Sequence record: NC_018855.1
DNA: 64,000 bases
Reading direction: 5' to 3' (one strand)
Origin: Escherichia phage HX01
Shown here piece after piece: positions 17,349-27,158 of this stretch. The stretch's first letter is position 1; every line of letters begins with the position of its first letter. The notes under the pieces are model-generated. The model made no database searches, was not told where the DNA came from, and saw only the letters and a list, made by a program, of their open reading frames with translations. A program made the position numbers and the translations under genes.

Positions 17349-17879
17349 ATGAAAACTGTAATTGAAACAACCGAGTTGTTTGGTGATTTATGTATCGAAA
17401 AACGTGGTTATGTGTATGTTCTGACACAAGAAGATGATGCTGCTACTATTCTTCCTATGGAACTGGACAAGATTTTGAAACTCAATCCACCCGGCCATGC
17501 ATCTGTAATTAACATTGATGAAGACCTTCAAGTTCGTTTTTATCACGGACTTTATAGTGGGGTTAATATCGAAACTGAAGACGAATGTTTTTCTATTAAT
17601 AATTGGAAAACATTCGTCACTAAGGTGAAAGAATTCATGGAATCTGAAACAGTCAAAAAAGCCAAACTTCAATGGGCTAAATGCCGTAATGCTTTTATTA
17701 CAAATCAGGACCGCCCTGACTATACAACGATCCTAGGTGTTAATCCTTCTTATGAAGATGGCGATGTTGTAGTTATTCGTCAAATTGATGACCTTCGTCA
17801 GCATATCGTTACATTAGACAAAGATGAAGCAGTTGCTCTTAAAGCTTATCTCGATTCTATTATCCCAACTTTGAAATAA
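17349..17879 (+). CDS. hypothetical protein
   Basis: ORF track 17337..17879; ATG 17349. Confidence 0.6.
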   Translation: MKTVIETTELFGDLCIEKRGYVYVLTQEDDAATILPMELDKILKLNPPGHASVINIDEDLQVRFYHGLYSGVNIETEDECFSINNWKTFVTKVKEFMESETVKKAKLQWAKCRNAFITNQDRPDYTTILGVNPSYEDGDVVVIRQIDDLRQHIVTLDKDEAVALKAYLDSIIPTLK

Positions 17880-17888
17880 GGAATTATT

Positions 17889-18362
17889 ATGATTATCAAT
17901 GAAAACTCTTGGCACTTTAAAATTTACGCCGCGTTCAATAGTACATGGAATCGCCCGAAAACGTTGTGTGCTTATTTTTGGAAAACGTTTCTCCCGGTAT
18001 TGTTTGTTTCGATTATTGGATTTGCGATTTTAGCAGCGGCCACAATCGTTGGCCAGGAAATTTTAACTAAATTCTTTGTCTTTAGTAGTTTATGGACATT
18101 AGTTCCGGCCTCAATTGGTGTAGGTGTTTTATTCATTGCATTATGTGTTGGTATTTCTATAGTTTTAGTATTAGGCATACCGTGGCTAATCGACTTATAC
18201 AGAGAGCGGAAGTATTATAAAGAAGTTGAGCTCATTGCACAAAACCAAGAACGAATTAAAAATGGACTTGAGCCTATTGAACGTAAGAAATCATTAATAG
18301 GTGAATACCTTAAAGCTCGTAAAGAAAAAGTCTGTCCTACTCTTGAATATAAGGCTAAATGA
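17889..18362 (+). CDS. membrane protein
   Basis: 157 aa, multiple hydrophobic segments. Confidence 0.6.
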   Translation: MIINENSWHFKIYAAFNSTWNRPKTLCAYFWKTFLPVLFVSIIGFAILAAATIVGQEILTKFFVFSSLWTLVPASIGVGVLFIALCVGISIVLVLGIPWLIDLYRERKYYKEVELIAQNQERIKNGLEPIERKKSLIGEYLKARKEKVCPTLEYKAK

Positions 18363-19372
18363 TGAAAACAATTGTGAAAACTTATTTTGGTAGTCACCTT
18401 TATGGAACGTCTACTCCTGAATCTGACGTCGATTTTAAAGAAATTTACGTCCCTCATGCTCGTGATATCTTGACCGGTAACGTTAAAGAACATATGAGCA
18501 AGAACACGAATAACACGTCTTCTAAGAACACAAAAGACGACGTGGACCATGAGTTGTATAGTCTCAAATATTTCTTTAAACTAGCTGCAGATGGTGAAAC
18601 AGTCGCATTAGATATGCTTCACACTCCACCAAGTTTAGTAGTTAAATCTGATTTGCCTGACGTGTGGAAGTATATTCAAGACAACAGGTCTCGTTTCTAT
18701 ACTACTAACATGAAATCTTATTTAGGGTATGTCCGTAAGCAAGCTTCTAAATATGGCGTCAAGGGTTCTCGATTGGCCGCATTACGTGATGTATTGAAAG
18801 TAGTTAATCAAATCCCTGACCAGTGGGTTGATTACCAAGAGGGAATTCCAGATCGTTTACGCCGAACTAAGGTAGAAGATATCAAACACCGACTCCCTGA
18901 AAACGAGTTTTGTGAATGGGTATTCCATAATCATGAGAAAACCGGTCCACAAACGTTCTACACTGTGTTGGGTCGTAAATATCAGACAACACTTTCTCTT
19001 ATTGAGCTTAAGCAGTCTTTGAATAAACTTGATGCCGAATACGGTGAACGTGCTCGTAAGGCAGAAGCTAACGAAGGTATTGACTGGAAAGCATTGAGTC
19101 ATGCATGCCGTGGTGGACTTCAATTATTGGAAATTTACAAAACCGGCGACCTGGTTTACCCGCTTCAAGATGCTCCATTTATTCTCGATGTTAAGCTTGG
19201 TAAACATACGTTTAAAACTGTACAAGAATTCCTGGAAGATATTGTTGACCAGGTAGAACATGCGTCAGAACAAGCCGCTAAGAATGGTATGCAGCAAAAA
19301 GTAGATATGAGTTTCTGGGATGACTTCCTTGAACAAGTTTACTTAGAAAACCACAATTCGTACTATAAATGA
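18359..19372 (+). CDS. predicted nucleotidyltransferase-fold protein
   Basis: 337 aa; FGSHLYGTSTPESDVDF resembles the GS...DxD NTase motif; ATGA-coupled. Confidence 0.65.
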   Translation: MMKTIVKTYFGSHLYGTSTPESDVDFKEIYVPHARDILTGNVKEHMSKNTNNTSSKNTKDDVDHELYSLKYFFKLAADGETVALDMLHTPPSLVVKSDLPDVWKYIQDNRSRFYTTNMKSYLGYVRKQASKYGVKGSRLAALRDVLKVVNQIPDQWVDYQEGIPDRLRRTKVEDIKHRLPENEFCEWVFHNHEKTGPQTFYTVLGRKYQTTLSLIELKQSLNKLDAEYGERARKAEANEGIDWKALSHACRGGLQLLEIYKTGDLVYPLQDAPFILDVKLGKHTFKTVQEFLEDIVDQVEHASEQAAKNGMQQKVDMSFWDDFLEQVYLENHNSYYK

Positions 19373-19373
19373 T

Positions 19374-19391
19374 AAGGGCCTGAAGGCCCTT
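19374..19391 (+). other. RNA hairpin followed by TTAGGGGG
   Basis: AAGGGCC-TGAA-GGCCCTT. Confidence 0.45.
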
Positions 19392-19418
19392 TAGGGGGAT
19401 AAAATATTTTTAAAAAGT

Positions 19419-19448
19419 GGTGTACATGCTTTTAGGATATGTTATTAT
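19419..19448 (+). promoter_or_regulatory. early-type promoter (GTGTAC -35, TATTAT -10)
   Basis: 17-nt spacer, TGTTATTATAGACCT. Confidence 0.45.
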
Positions 19449-19486
19449 AGACCTATCGAAACGAAATGAGTAAATTGGAGAATAAA

Positions 19487-20467
19487 ATGTTCAACGTTCA
19501 AATCAAAAAAGGTATCTATCGTAATAACGAAATCTCCGGTTCTTATGTTGCCACAAAGACATGGTTCCCGGCAAAGCTTAATCCTGAATGTTCCCACTTA
19601 GGTGACGGTAAAATTTTCGTTATGATCGATGGTTCTGAACGTGGAGTATGGGTCTTCAAATCAGACATCGTAATGGAAGGAGTTGAGACGTCACCAGTTG
19701 CAGTTGTTGAAAGCACTGAAGATATGAAAACTCGTATCAACAAACGCTTTAAAGTAATGAACATGATGACGAATGGCATTATCGATGGCAAAATTCGTTC
19801 ACTCATTATTTCAGGTGCAGCTGGTATTGGTAAGACGTATTCTCTGGATAAAGCACTTAATAATGCTAATGATAACGGTTTCATCAAATACAAAAGCATT
19901 AATGGTAAAATCTCTGGTATTGGCCTTTACGAACAACTTTGGCTCAACCGTGATGCGGACAGCGTTCTCTTAATCGACGACGTTGACGTATTCTCAGATA
20001 TGGACATCTTGAACCTTCTTAAAGCAGCATTAGATACTGGAGATAAACGCAAAGTTTGCTGGAGCACTGCGTCATCTTATCTCGATGATAAGGGTATTGA
20101 TAAAGAATTTGAGTTTGAAGGTACTATCGTTTTCATTACAAACGTTGATATCGATAAAGAGTTAGAACGCGGTTCGAAACTTGCCCCACACCTTCAAGCT
20201 TTAGTATCTCGTTCAGTGTATCTCGACCTTGGAGTACACTCTAATGAAGAGATTATGGTTCGAGTTGAAGATGTAATATTATCTACTGACATGATGCAGA
20301 AACGTGGTCTGACGGATGCAGAAACGTATAAAGCATTGTCCTGGATGAAGGCCAACGTATCTCGTCTTCGCAATGTATCATTACGTACGGCTCTTTATGT
20401 AGCAGATTTTATTTCAACTGATAAAGATGGTTGGGAAGAAATCTCTGAAGTAACTTTACTGAAATAA
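19487..20467 (+). CDS. P-loop NTPase (Walker A GAAGIGKT, Walker B-like LLIDDVD)
   Basis: ORF track 19466..20467; ATG 19487 has SD GGAG. Confidence 0.65.
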   Translation: MFNVQIKKGIYRNNEISGSYVATKTWFPAKLNPECSHLGDGKIFVMIDGSERGVWVFKSDIVMEGVETSPVAVVESTEDMKTRINKRFKVMNMMTNGIIDGKIRSLIISGAAGIGKTYSLDKALNNANDNGFIKYKSINGKISGIGLYEQLWLNRDADSVLLIDDVDVFSDMDILNLLKAALDTGDKRKVCWSTASSYLDDKGIDKEFEFEGTIVFITNVDIDKELERGSKLAPHLQALVSRSVYLDLGVHSNEEIMVRVEDVILSTDMMQKRGLTDAETYKALSWMKANVSRLRNVSLRTALYVADFISTDKDGWEEISEVTLLK

Positions 20468-20605
20468 GCTTATAGGAAGTTCTGAGGTAACAAAAGCCAT
20501 AAAGATGAATAATCATATGGCTTACCTCAAAGAAGGACACCAGGAACCTACTGAGGGCATAGAAATATTTAAAAATAATGGTGTACAAATCAAAGAGGAT
20601 ATGTT

Positions 20606-20893
20606 ATGGATTTTATGCAAAAAATTAAAGCCGCAGTCGAACTGTATGCTCATCGTATGGTTAGTTCTACGATGCAATATAGCGAGGAGGTTCGCCAGGA
20701 CTCTTCCTTGAAAGGAAAAACTAAAGCCTTAATTACCTTAGACCGTCTACAAAAGAATGCCCTAGAGTTGTTCCAGTACGACAAGGATGCATATAAGAAA
20801 GAACAGGAAGAGAAACTTAAATCCGAAAAATTACAGAAAGTCCCGAAGTCTGTTTGGTTCAGTGGAAAAAATACCGAAAAAAGTTTCTTTTAG
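20606..20893 (+). CDS. hypothetical protein
   Basis: 95 aa, SD AGAGGA. Confidence 0.5.
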   Translation: MDFMQKIKAAVELYAHRMVSSTMQYSEEVRQDSSLKGKTKALITLDRLQKNALELFQYDKDAYKKEQEEKLKSEKLQKVPKSVWFSGKNTEKSFF

Positions 20894-20895
20894 TT

Positions 20896-20925
20896 GTTTA
20901 CAAGGTCTATGGTTATGTTATTATA
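20896..20925 (+). promoter_or_regulatory. early promoter
   Basis: GTTTAC 20896-20901, 17-nt spacer, TATTAT. Confidence 0.55.
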
Positions 20926-20951
20926 GACCTATCAACTACTGGAGGTAAAAC

Positions 20952-21479
20952 ATGAACGCTAAAGATATTTTCAACCTGGTAAATTATAACGACGGTAAAT
21001 TTAAATCTGAAGCACAAAGCAAGTTCTTTAATGACGTTGCTTATGGTAACGAGATTACCGTGGACGGAGGTCAGATTTTCAAATCTCGCTGGAATTGGAT
21101 TGCTATCATCGATTCAGTTGGAATTGTGGAAGTCTACAAAAACACTAACAAAAAACGTACATTATTCTGGTCTCGTGAAACTAACGAGCAGTACAAAAAG
21201 GATAAAGCATCTCGTTTATCCAAAGTAACCCAGGAAGATATCGAGTTTATCAAGAAAGATATCGAGATGTACGAAAATTTAATCGCTGAAGACCAGGCAG
21301 TACTCGATAAGTTTGATGAAATTAAAGCTTCTCGTGAAATCCCTGACTTCATGAAAGAAACAGTAAACGAACGATACGCTCTCACTTCAGAACGTATTGC
21401 AAACTATACAAAACAGAAAGCAGAACGTATTAGTACTCTTCGGAAATTTGAAGAACGTTTAAAGACGGTTCACGCATAA
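20952..21479 (+). CDS. hypothetical protein
   Basis: 175 aa, SD GGAGG. Confidence 0.6.
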   Translation: MNAKDIFNLVNYNDGKFKSEAQSKFFNDVAYGNEITVDGGQIFKSRWNWIAIIDSVGIVEVYKNTNKKRTLFWSRETNEQYKKDKASRLSKVTQEDIEFIKKDIEMYENLIAEDQAVLDKFDEIKASREIPDFMKETVNERYALTSERIANYTKQKAERISTLRKFEERLKTVHA

Positions 21480-21541
21480 ACGCTTTACCCAAGGACGGGT
21501 TATAATGGTTTTGAGTTCCAATTCAATCTGAGGAAATAGAT

Positions 21542-22537
21542 ATGAGCATTACATCTGATGCGGTAAAACATGAAATTAACGGTTTATGTGCTTCACAGAT
21601 TAAAGTATGGTTTAAAGACCATAATGATCGCAGAGCACTTAATTATGAGCAAATTGCTATCCAAGTTCATCAATTACTGACTAGTAAATTTGATTTTCAT
21701 ATGCCGTCTGAAATCTATACTAATCTACCGCGAGCGCTTATTAAAGCGTGTAAAGGTTACGGAAAATCAATGGCCGATGGAATCTTCAGCGCGCTGAATA
21801 AACTTAACGTTCTGTCGATGATTAACTCTAACAACATCCTGCGTAATCTAGGACGTACTGATTTGTTCGGTCGTGAACAGTGTAAAATGCCTTTGAAATG
21901 GATTGTTGCTCATCTTAACGAGAACCAAACACGTTTTATGGCCGTATCAGCACGCTTACAAATGGGCCTAGATCGTCAGATGAACTTTAAAACTCATCCA
22001 CGGTATTCAGGTTCAACAGACTTTTATAAATGTGAGCTTCAAAAGGTTGCAGGTAAAACTGTCTTAGTAGTTCGTGTAACGTTTGAAGGACGACGTCAAG
22101 GATATTTTGACCTAATCGGCTCTGGTCTTAAACATTGTGGATTTATTGACGAAGTTGATATTAAGCGAGACGGCATTGGATACCGTATTGGATATGTTTG
22201 TACTCTTAAAGAAGAGATTTCAGGACCAGCACCAGGACTAAAAGACGTTAGATATAAAGACGAGCTTGTTGAAGAAATAAAAGAAGTTGAATATGATATC
22301 AACCAAGAAGATGCTCTTAAAGACCTTATTGATGAACTAAACCAAGACATTATTCCGGTTCAGAAATTTGAATCAAAACATGTTGAGCAAATCAAATACT
22401 TTGAAGCTTTGATTAACGAACTTAATGTAACTATTCAACAGACTGATGATGAAATCTCACGATTAGCAGGCTTAAATGGTAAAAATAAAACGGAACGAGC
22501 TAATCTTATTCAAGTAGTAAAACTTCTTAAGGAATGA
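21542..22537 (+). CDS. hypothetical protein with C-terminal coiled coil
   Basis: 331 aa. Confidence 0.6.
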   Translation: MSITSDAVKHEINGLCASQIKVWFKDHNDRRALNYEQIAIQVHQLLTSKFDFHMPSEIYTNLPRALIKACKGYGKSMADGIFSALNKLNVLSMINSNNILRNLGRTDLFGREQCKMPLKWIVAHLNENQTRFMAVSARLQMGLDRQMNFKTHPRYSGSTDFYKCELQKVAGKTVLVVRVTFEGRRQGYFDLIGSGLKHCGFIDEVDIKRDGIGYRIGYVCTLKEEISGPAPGLKDVRYKDELVEEIKEVEYDINQEDALKDLIDELNQDIIPVQKFESKHVEQIKYFEALINELNVTIQQTDDEISRLAGLNGKNKTERANLIQVVKLLKE

Positions 22538-22566
22538 TGTACAACCAGGGATGGTTGGAGTATAAT
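22538..22566 (+). promoter_or_regulatory. early-type promoter (TGTACA -35, TATAAT -10)
   Basis: GGATGGTTGGAGTATAAT. Confidence 0.5.
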
Positions 22567-22592
22567 AAATTTTTCAACATGAGGAATATAAA

Positions 22593-23528
22593 ATGGCTTC
22601 TATTACACGTAGAGAACTTATCAAAGAATTTACCTCGAACGCATATACCCCAGGACCTAATCCTATCCGTATGCCTGTAAAGACTCCTGAAGAGATTGAG
22701 GAAATCTGTTCATATTATGGGATTAATTCTCGTAAGTTTACTCAATTTGAATGCGTTACTAACACACCCGTTAAAGAGTTCATTAAAAATGGTGAGTTCA
22801 GCCGTTTATTAGCCAAACAGAAACTTCGTAATTTTTGTATTGGCGGTGAAGGACAATATTTCGCTAAGCAGTTCAGGAATAACCTTAACAATCTGATGGC
22901 CATTGCTTCTCGTATTCGTCCTCAAGCAATTAACATGAAACATTTGAAATATACTTACGATAAGTTAGAAATCATGGTTATCAGTGAGAACGAGTTCACT
23001 CTTACGTATAAACCTAAGAATGATAACGTTGCTCGTGTATTCCACCAAGCGTTGGAAGTGTTAGGTGATAATATCCACCAGATTAAAGCAATTTATTCTC
23101 GTGAGCTTAATATTATCAACCCTATCAAGAATAAGGGCCATATCGCTATCCAGGCTCGTGTATCTATTGGTAAAAAGGTTCCTGCGCCATGGTGGCACAA
23201 AGACTCTGAATACTATCAAAATCTTAAAAAGGAAAATGCAACGTTCGAAGCGTCAATTACTACAACCCCAATTGGCAATGCTGAAGTTCAAGGTGCATAT
23301 TTTACTGCTCCATCTATATACACTTCACCGTCGACTAAACTGGAAATCTCTAACGGTCTTCTTCCTGCCGAAGATTACTATTATAATCAAATCAAAGCCA
23401 CTGTGGACCAACTGTCTGTTGAACTTGACAAAGCACAAGCTAAGCTTCGTGATGCTCAACAAGTAGTTACCAAGCTCCAGTTGCAGTACTCTAAACTTTT
23501 TAACGCAATGAATGCATTAAAATCATAA
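22593..23528 (+). CDS. hypothetical protein with C-terminal coiled coil
   Basis: 311 aa. Confidence 0.6.
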   Translation: MASITRRELIKEFTSNAYTPGPNPIRMPVKTPEEIEEICSYYGINSRKFTQFECVTNTPVKEFIKNGEFSRLLAKQKLRNFCIGGEGQYFAKQFRNNLNNLMAIASRIRPQAINMKHLKYTYDKLEIMVISENEFTLTYKPKNDNVARVFHQALEVLGDNIHQIKAIYSRELNIINPIKNKGHIAIQARVSIGKKVPAPWWHKDSEYYQNLKKENATFEASITTTPIGNAEVQGAYFTAPSIYTSPSTKLEISNGLLPAEDYYYNQIKATVDQLSVELDKAQAKLRDAQQVVTKLQLQYSKLFNAMNALKS

Positions 23529-23532
23529 ATCA

Positions 23533-23562
23533 GTTTACAACCAAGGATGGTTGGAGTATAAT
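23533..23562 (+). promoter_or_regulatory. early promoter
   Basis: GTTTAC 23533-23538; GGATGGTTGGAGTATAAT near-identical to the 22538 promoter. Confidence 0.55.
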
Positions 23563-23590
23563 CTTTCTATCTTAACGAGAGGAAAATATT

Positions 23591-24541
23591 ATGACACGTT
23601 CACATTACATTGATTATTTTGCAGGTCTTATCGCTAACGTTCATGCCCAACGTGCTTCTGGTTCATTAGGATTTGATGTTCCACACCGAGTTGTAGTAAG
23701 TGGTATTCTTCGCGATTTTGGTACATACACAGGCCAAGAAAATCATATCTGTAAAGATACTCAGAATGCATATTCTCATTCATTAGGGACACTGCTTCAA
23801 TGGTTCAAACGTTCTCGTTTATTATCTTCTACTGTAGCTCGCGATAACATTAAAAACTTTATGAAGCCGAGCTTTATTAAATCTGTGACATCTAAAACCG
23901 ATTTGGTTGAATTCACTATTGTTAATGATGTTAAAAAGACTCATTTGGCTGATTGGTTATCTACCATTCCTGAAACTAAATTTGCTGATAAATTTGCTTG
24001 TCAGTTCAATGACCAAGTGAATATGCTTTTTAAGCATGCTCGTAAACTATTTACTGCAGGTGATGACCGTACAAATACAGTTCATGTTAAGGATTGGGTT
24101 ATTGCTGATGAAGTAACACATAAGCCAGGTGGTTCATCAGTATTAATTAATATTCAGGTTCCTTATTATTACTCACGTAATCTCGGCACCATGAACTCTA
24201 AAGAAATTAATAAGCACAACAAAACTATTCGTTCGTTGTCTTATAAACTCCGCATGATGTTAAAAATTATGGACGTAGTGGAAATGTATGACGAAACCGA
24301 AGATAATGGTTCAATGTTATACAGTTCACGCATTCTAATTAAACTGAAGAACCCTAATACATATAAGCCAAATGTAAAAGAACCTAAAGTAGAAAAGGTT
24401 GATAACCTGAGCGAAGAACGTGAATATCTCAAATCTCGACTAGTTGAAGTTGAAGTCCAGATTGCCGAACACACCAAATTGTTAAAAGCTCTTAATGCAA
24501 AAGCAAATGGTTTACGTAATGCTATTGAGGTATTGAAATGA
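23591..24541 (+). CDS. hypothetical protein with C-terminal coiled coil
   Basis: 316 aa. Confidence 0.6.
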   Translation: MTRSHYIDYFAGLIANVHAQRASGSLGFDVPHRVVVSGILRDFGTYTGQENHICKDTQNAYSHSLGTLLQWFKRSRLLSSTVARDNIKNFMKPSFIKSVTSKTDLVEFTIVNDVKKTHLADWLSTIPETKFADKFACQFNDQVNMLFKHARKLFTAGDDRTNTVHVKDWVIADEVTHKPGGSSVLINIQVPYYYSRNLGTMNSKEINKHNKTIRSLSYKLRMMLKIMDVVEMYDETEDNGSMLYSSRILIKLKNPNTYKPNVKEPKVEKVDNLSEEREYLKSRLVEVEVQIAEHTKLLKALNAKANGLRNAIEVLK

Positions 24542-24855
24542 AAAAGCGTCTATTAGAAGATATTGCAGCTTCAAGTAATTCCAGTCTAATTAAAATTATT
24601 ATGGCTGGTGAAGAAGACGATTTAGAAATGCGCGGAAAGATTCATGGTTGTGACGATTTAGATTTTAAACCTCCGGCTTGGGATGCCATTATGGCTATGG
24701 TTAAACGTCGCGAAAGGGCTTCTAAAAACGTTCCTAATTGTCCTGAATGTGGTACTGAACAGGTTCAATTAGTTCATTGGCAGACTAGTAATCTTCGTTA
24801 TAAATGCCGTCATTGTAAACACCGATTTGACCGAGAAGAAAATGACAAAGCGTAA
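24538..24855 (+). CDS. zinc-ribbon protein
   Basis: CPECG...CRHCKH two CxxC pairs. Confidence 0.55.
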
Positions 24856-25084
24856 AGAATATATGGAGACTGCTGAAAAGGCAGTCCGTGAATTAGCAAT
24901 AGCGTATTATAATGAACACGGTAAATTTCCTGATAGATACAGCGTGCTTAAATCTGCTTTAACTCGTTCATATAAAAATATGCTATCAGAAGTAAGTGAT
25001 ATTATATACAAACATAAAGAACAAACAGGTCAAAGTCTTGATTACGACGAGACTTTTAAACAAGTACTAGGAATTAAGGAATAA
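24842..25084 (+). CDS. hypothetical protein
   Basis: ORF track 24827..25084; start uncertain. Confidence 0.45.
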
Positions 25085-25085
25085 T

Positions 25086-25349
25086 ATGTTTAAAGTATAT
25101 GGTTATGATAGCAGCATCCATAAATGTGTGTATTGCGATAATGCAAAACGTCTTTTGACCGTAAAGAAACAGCCGTTTGAATTTATCAACATTATGCCGA
25201 AAAAAGGTGTTTTTGATGATGAGAAAATTGCTGAGCTTCTGACTAAACTAGGTCGTGATACTCAAATTGGACTGACGATGCCACAAGTATTTGCTCCTGA
25301 TGGAAGTCATATTGGTGGATTTGACCAATTGCGGGAATACTTTAAATGA
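25086..25349 (+). CDS. nrdC: glutaredoxin/thioredoxin NrdC
   Basis: MFKVYGYDSSIHKCVYCDNAKRLL...MPQVFAPDGSHIGGFDQLREYFK matches T4 NrdC. Confidence 0.93.
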   Translation: MFKVYGYDSSIHKCVYCDNAKRLLTVKKQPFEFINIMPKKGVFDDEKIAELLTKLGRDTQIGLTMPQVFAPDGSHIGGFDQLREYFK

Positions 25350-25561
25350 TGCTTGAAGGAACTGATTATATCCATGACTACCGCGGAAGCGCGGTATATG
25401 TAGGTGATGAAGTCGCAGTTTATTATGGGTATGGAACTTTGATGACAGCAAAGGTTATTCAAATTAAAAATAATCATGCTAAACTCGAAGTTTATTATTC
25501 TAACGGTGAAAAGTCTATTTCTAAATGGAAATACGGCGATTGTATGGTCAAACTGGGGTAA
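25346..25561 (+). CDS. hypothetical protein
   Basis: ATGA-coupled. Confidence 0.5.
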   Translation: MMLEGTDYIHDYRGSAVYVGDEVAVYYGYGTLMTAKVIQIKNNHAKLEVYYSNGEKSISKWKYGDCMVKLG

Positions 25562-25563
25562 AT

Positions 25564-25734
25564 ATGATTTACGATATTAGTGTATCAAGAACTCCGTCAA
25601 TGGTTACTATTCCTGCTGAAGAATTAGATCGTCTTCAGAAAATTGAAGAGCTTCTTTGGGAAATTGAATCTGATTTGCCATCAGGATTAGAATCCTGGAT
25701 TGATTATGAAGAACTTAATAAATTGCGAAATTAA
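25564..25734 (+). CDS. hypothetical protein
   Basis: ORF track 25525..25734; ATG 25564. Confidence 0.45.
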   Translation: MIYDISVSRTPSMVTIPAEELDRLQKIEELLWEIESDLPSGLESWIDYEELNKLRN

Positions 25735-25744
25735 GTGGTGACAA

Positions 25745-26065
25745 ATGACTATTGAAAATAAATTAGATGTTGATGCAGTTCTGAGTGAAATCATCGAAGA
25801 CCATGACGCATTTTCAGAAAATTATGATTTCGATTTTTCGGATTATCTTAAACCTGTCGAAATAGAAGATTGGGTACAAGATGGCAAATGCCAATATCGG
25901 CAGTGCGTTTATTTTAGTCCAAAACATAACGTTCATGTGTCTGTAAATGAATCTCGCTCAGGTTCTTACCATTCTGACTGGTATTATGCAGTTCCGACTG
26001 TTGAACTAGTTGAGCCTCGTGAACGTGTAGTAACTCAGACAATACGAGAATGGATTACGCTATAA
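25745..26065 (+). CDS. hypothetical protein
   Basis: 106 aa. Confidence 0.55.
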   Translation: MTIENKLDVDAVLSEIIEDHDAFSENYDFDFSDYLKPVEIEDWVQDGKCQYRQCVYFSPKHNVHVSVNESRSGSYHSDWYYAVPTVELVEPRERVVTQTIREWITL

Positions 26066-26205
26066 AACCTTGGTGGGCGGCTAGATGGGAAACAGTAGAG
26101 CCAGAGCCGGAAGAACCGGTTTACACTGATGAAGAAACAGTATATAATGAACCAACGATAAATGACTTAATTGATATGGAGATGGGATATGATTGCAGTA
26201 GATAA
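26050..26205 (+). CDS. possible 51-aa acidic protein
   Basis: Manual read of ORF bridging two neighbours; weak. Confidence 0.25.
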   Translation: MDYAIKPWWAARWETVEPEPEEPVYTDEETVYNEPTINDLIDMEMGYDCSR

Positions 26206-26635
26206 GTGGTTTAGAATTAATCGTGCTGATAAAGGGCTGTGTAATTACTGGCCGGAACTTAGTGCAGGTACTGTCTTTAAAGTTCGTGAACTCGCAAAAG
26301 AATGCGAAGATGATATAGAACCTGATATTGGAATTATTGAAATTGAACTTTCTGATGGAAAGATTATTAACATCTATGATAAGCCAATTACGTATTGGTG
26401 CTTGTGGAATACTGAATCCGCAGAAAATGGCGAGATTGAAGAAGTTGTAGAACGAGTTGATCAAGCTATTCATAAACCTAAAGCTGGATTTCAGGGTGAA
26501 CGTATTTCATATGCATTATCTAAATCGGCGTTGAAAAAAGATATTGATGATTACGAAGGAAATTTGATGCAAGCTGCGGCAGAATATATTGAATGGCTTG
26601 AAACTCAAATTTCTTTTTCTGACCGAGCGTTTTAA
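26189..26635 (+). CDS. hypothetical protein
   Basis: ORF track 26171..26635; ATG 26189 after SD GGAG. Confidence 0.55.
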   Translation: MIAVDKWFRINRADKGLCNYWPELSAGTVFKVRELAKECEDDIEPDIGIIEIELSDGKIINIYDKPITYWCLWNTESAENGEIEEVVERVDQAIHKPKAGFQGERISYALSKSALKKDIDDYEGNLMQAAAEYIEWLETQISFSDRAF

Positions 26636-26684
26636 TACTTGAAAATAATAAATACCTTTATCTATTCAAGGTAAGGGTTTTATT

Positions 26685-27158
26685 ATGTTATTGACTGGCA
26701 AATTATATAAAGAAGAAAAACAGAAATTTTATAATGCACAAAACGGTAAATGCTTAATTTGCCAACGAGAACTAAATCCTGATGTTCAAGCTAATCACCT
26801 TGACCATGACCATGAATTAAATGGACCAAAAGCAGGAAAGGTGCGTGGATTGCTCTGTAATCTTTGCAATGCTGCGGAAGGTCAAATGAAGCACAAATTT
26901 AATCGTTCTGGCTTAAAGGGACAAGGTGTTGATTATCTTGAATGGTTGGAAAATTTACTTACTTATTTAAAATCCGATTACACCCAAAATAATATTCACC
27001 CTAACTTCGTTGGAGATAAATCAAAGGAATTTTCTCGTTTAGGAAAAGAGGAAATGATGGCTGAGATGCTTCAAAGAGGATTTGAATATAATGAATCTGA
27101 CACTAAAACACAATTAATAGCTTCATTTAAGAAGCAGCTTAGAAAGAGTTTAAAATGA
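26685..27158 (+). CDS. 49: endonuclease VII (Holliday junction resolvase)
   Basis: 157 aa; MLLTGKLYKEEKQKFY..CLICQREL..HLDHDHELNG..LLCNLCNAAEG matches T4 gp49. Confidence 0.95.
   Translation: MLLTGKLYKEEKQKFYNAQNGKCLICQRELNPDVQANHLDHDHELNGPKAGKVRGLLCNLCNAAEGQMKHKFNRSGLKGQGVDYLEWLENLLTYLKSDYTQNNIHPNFVGDKSKEFSRLGKEEMMAEMLQRGFEYNESDTKTQLIASFKKQLRKSLK

Noticed and set aside
20505-20711. ORF 20505..20711 overlapping the 20606..20893 ORF
   Set aside because: The 20606 start has a better SD (AGAGGA) and the 20505 frame ends inside it; kept only the downstream ORF.
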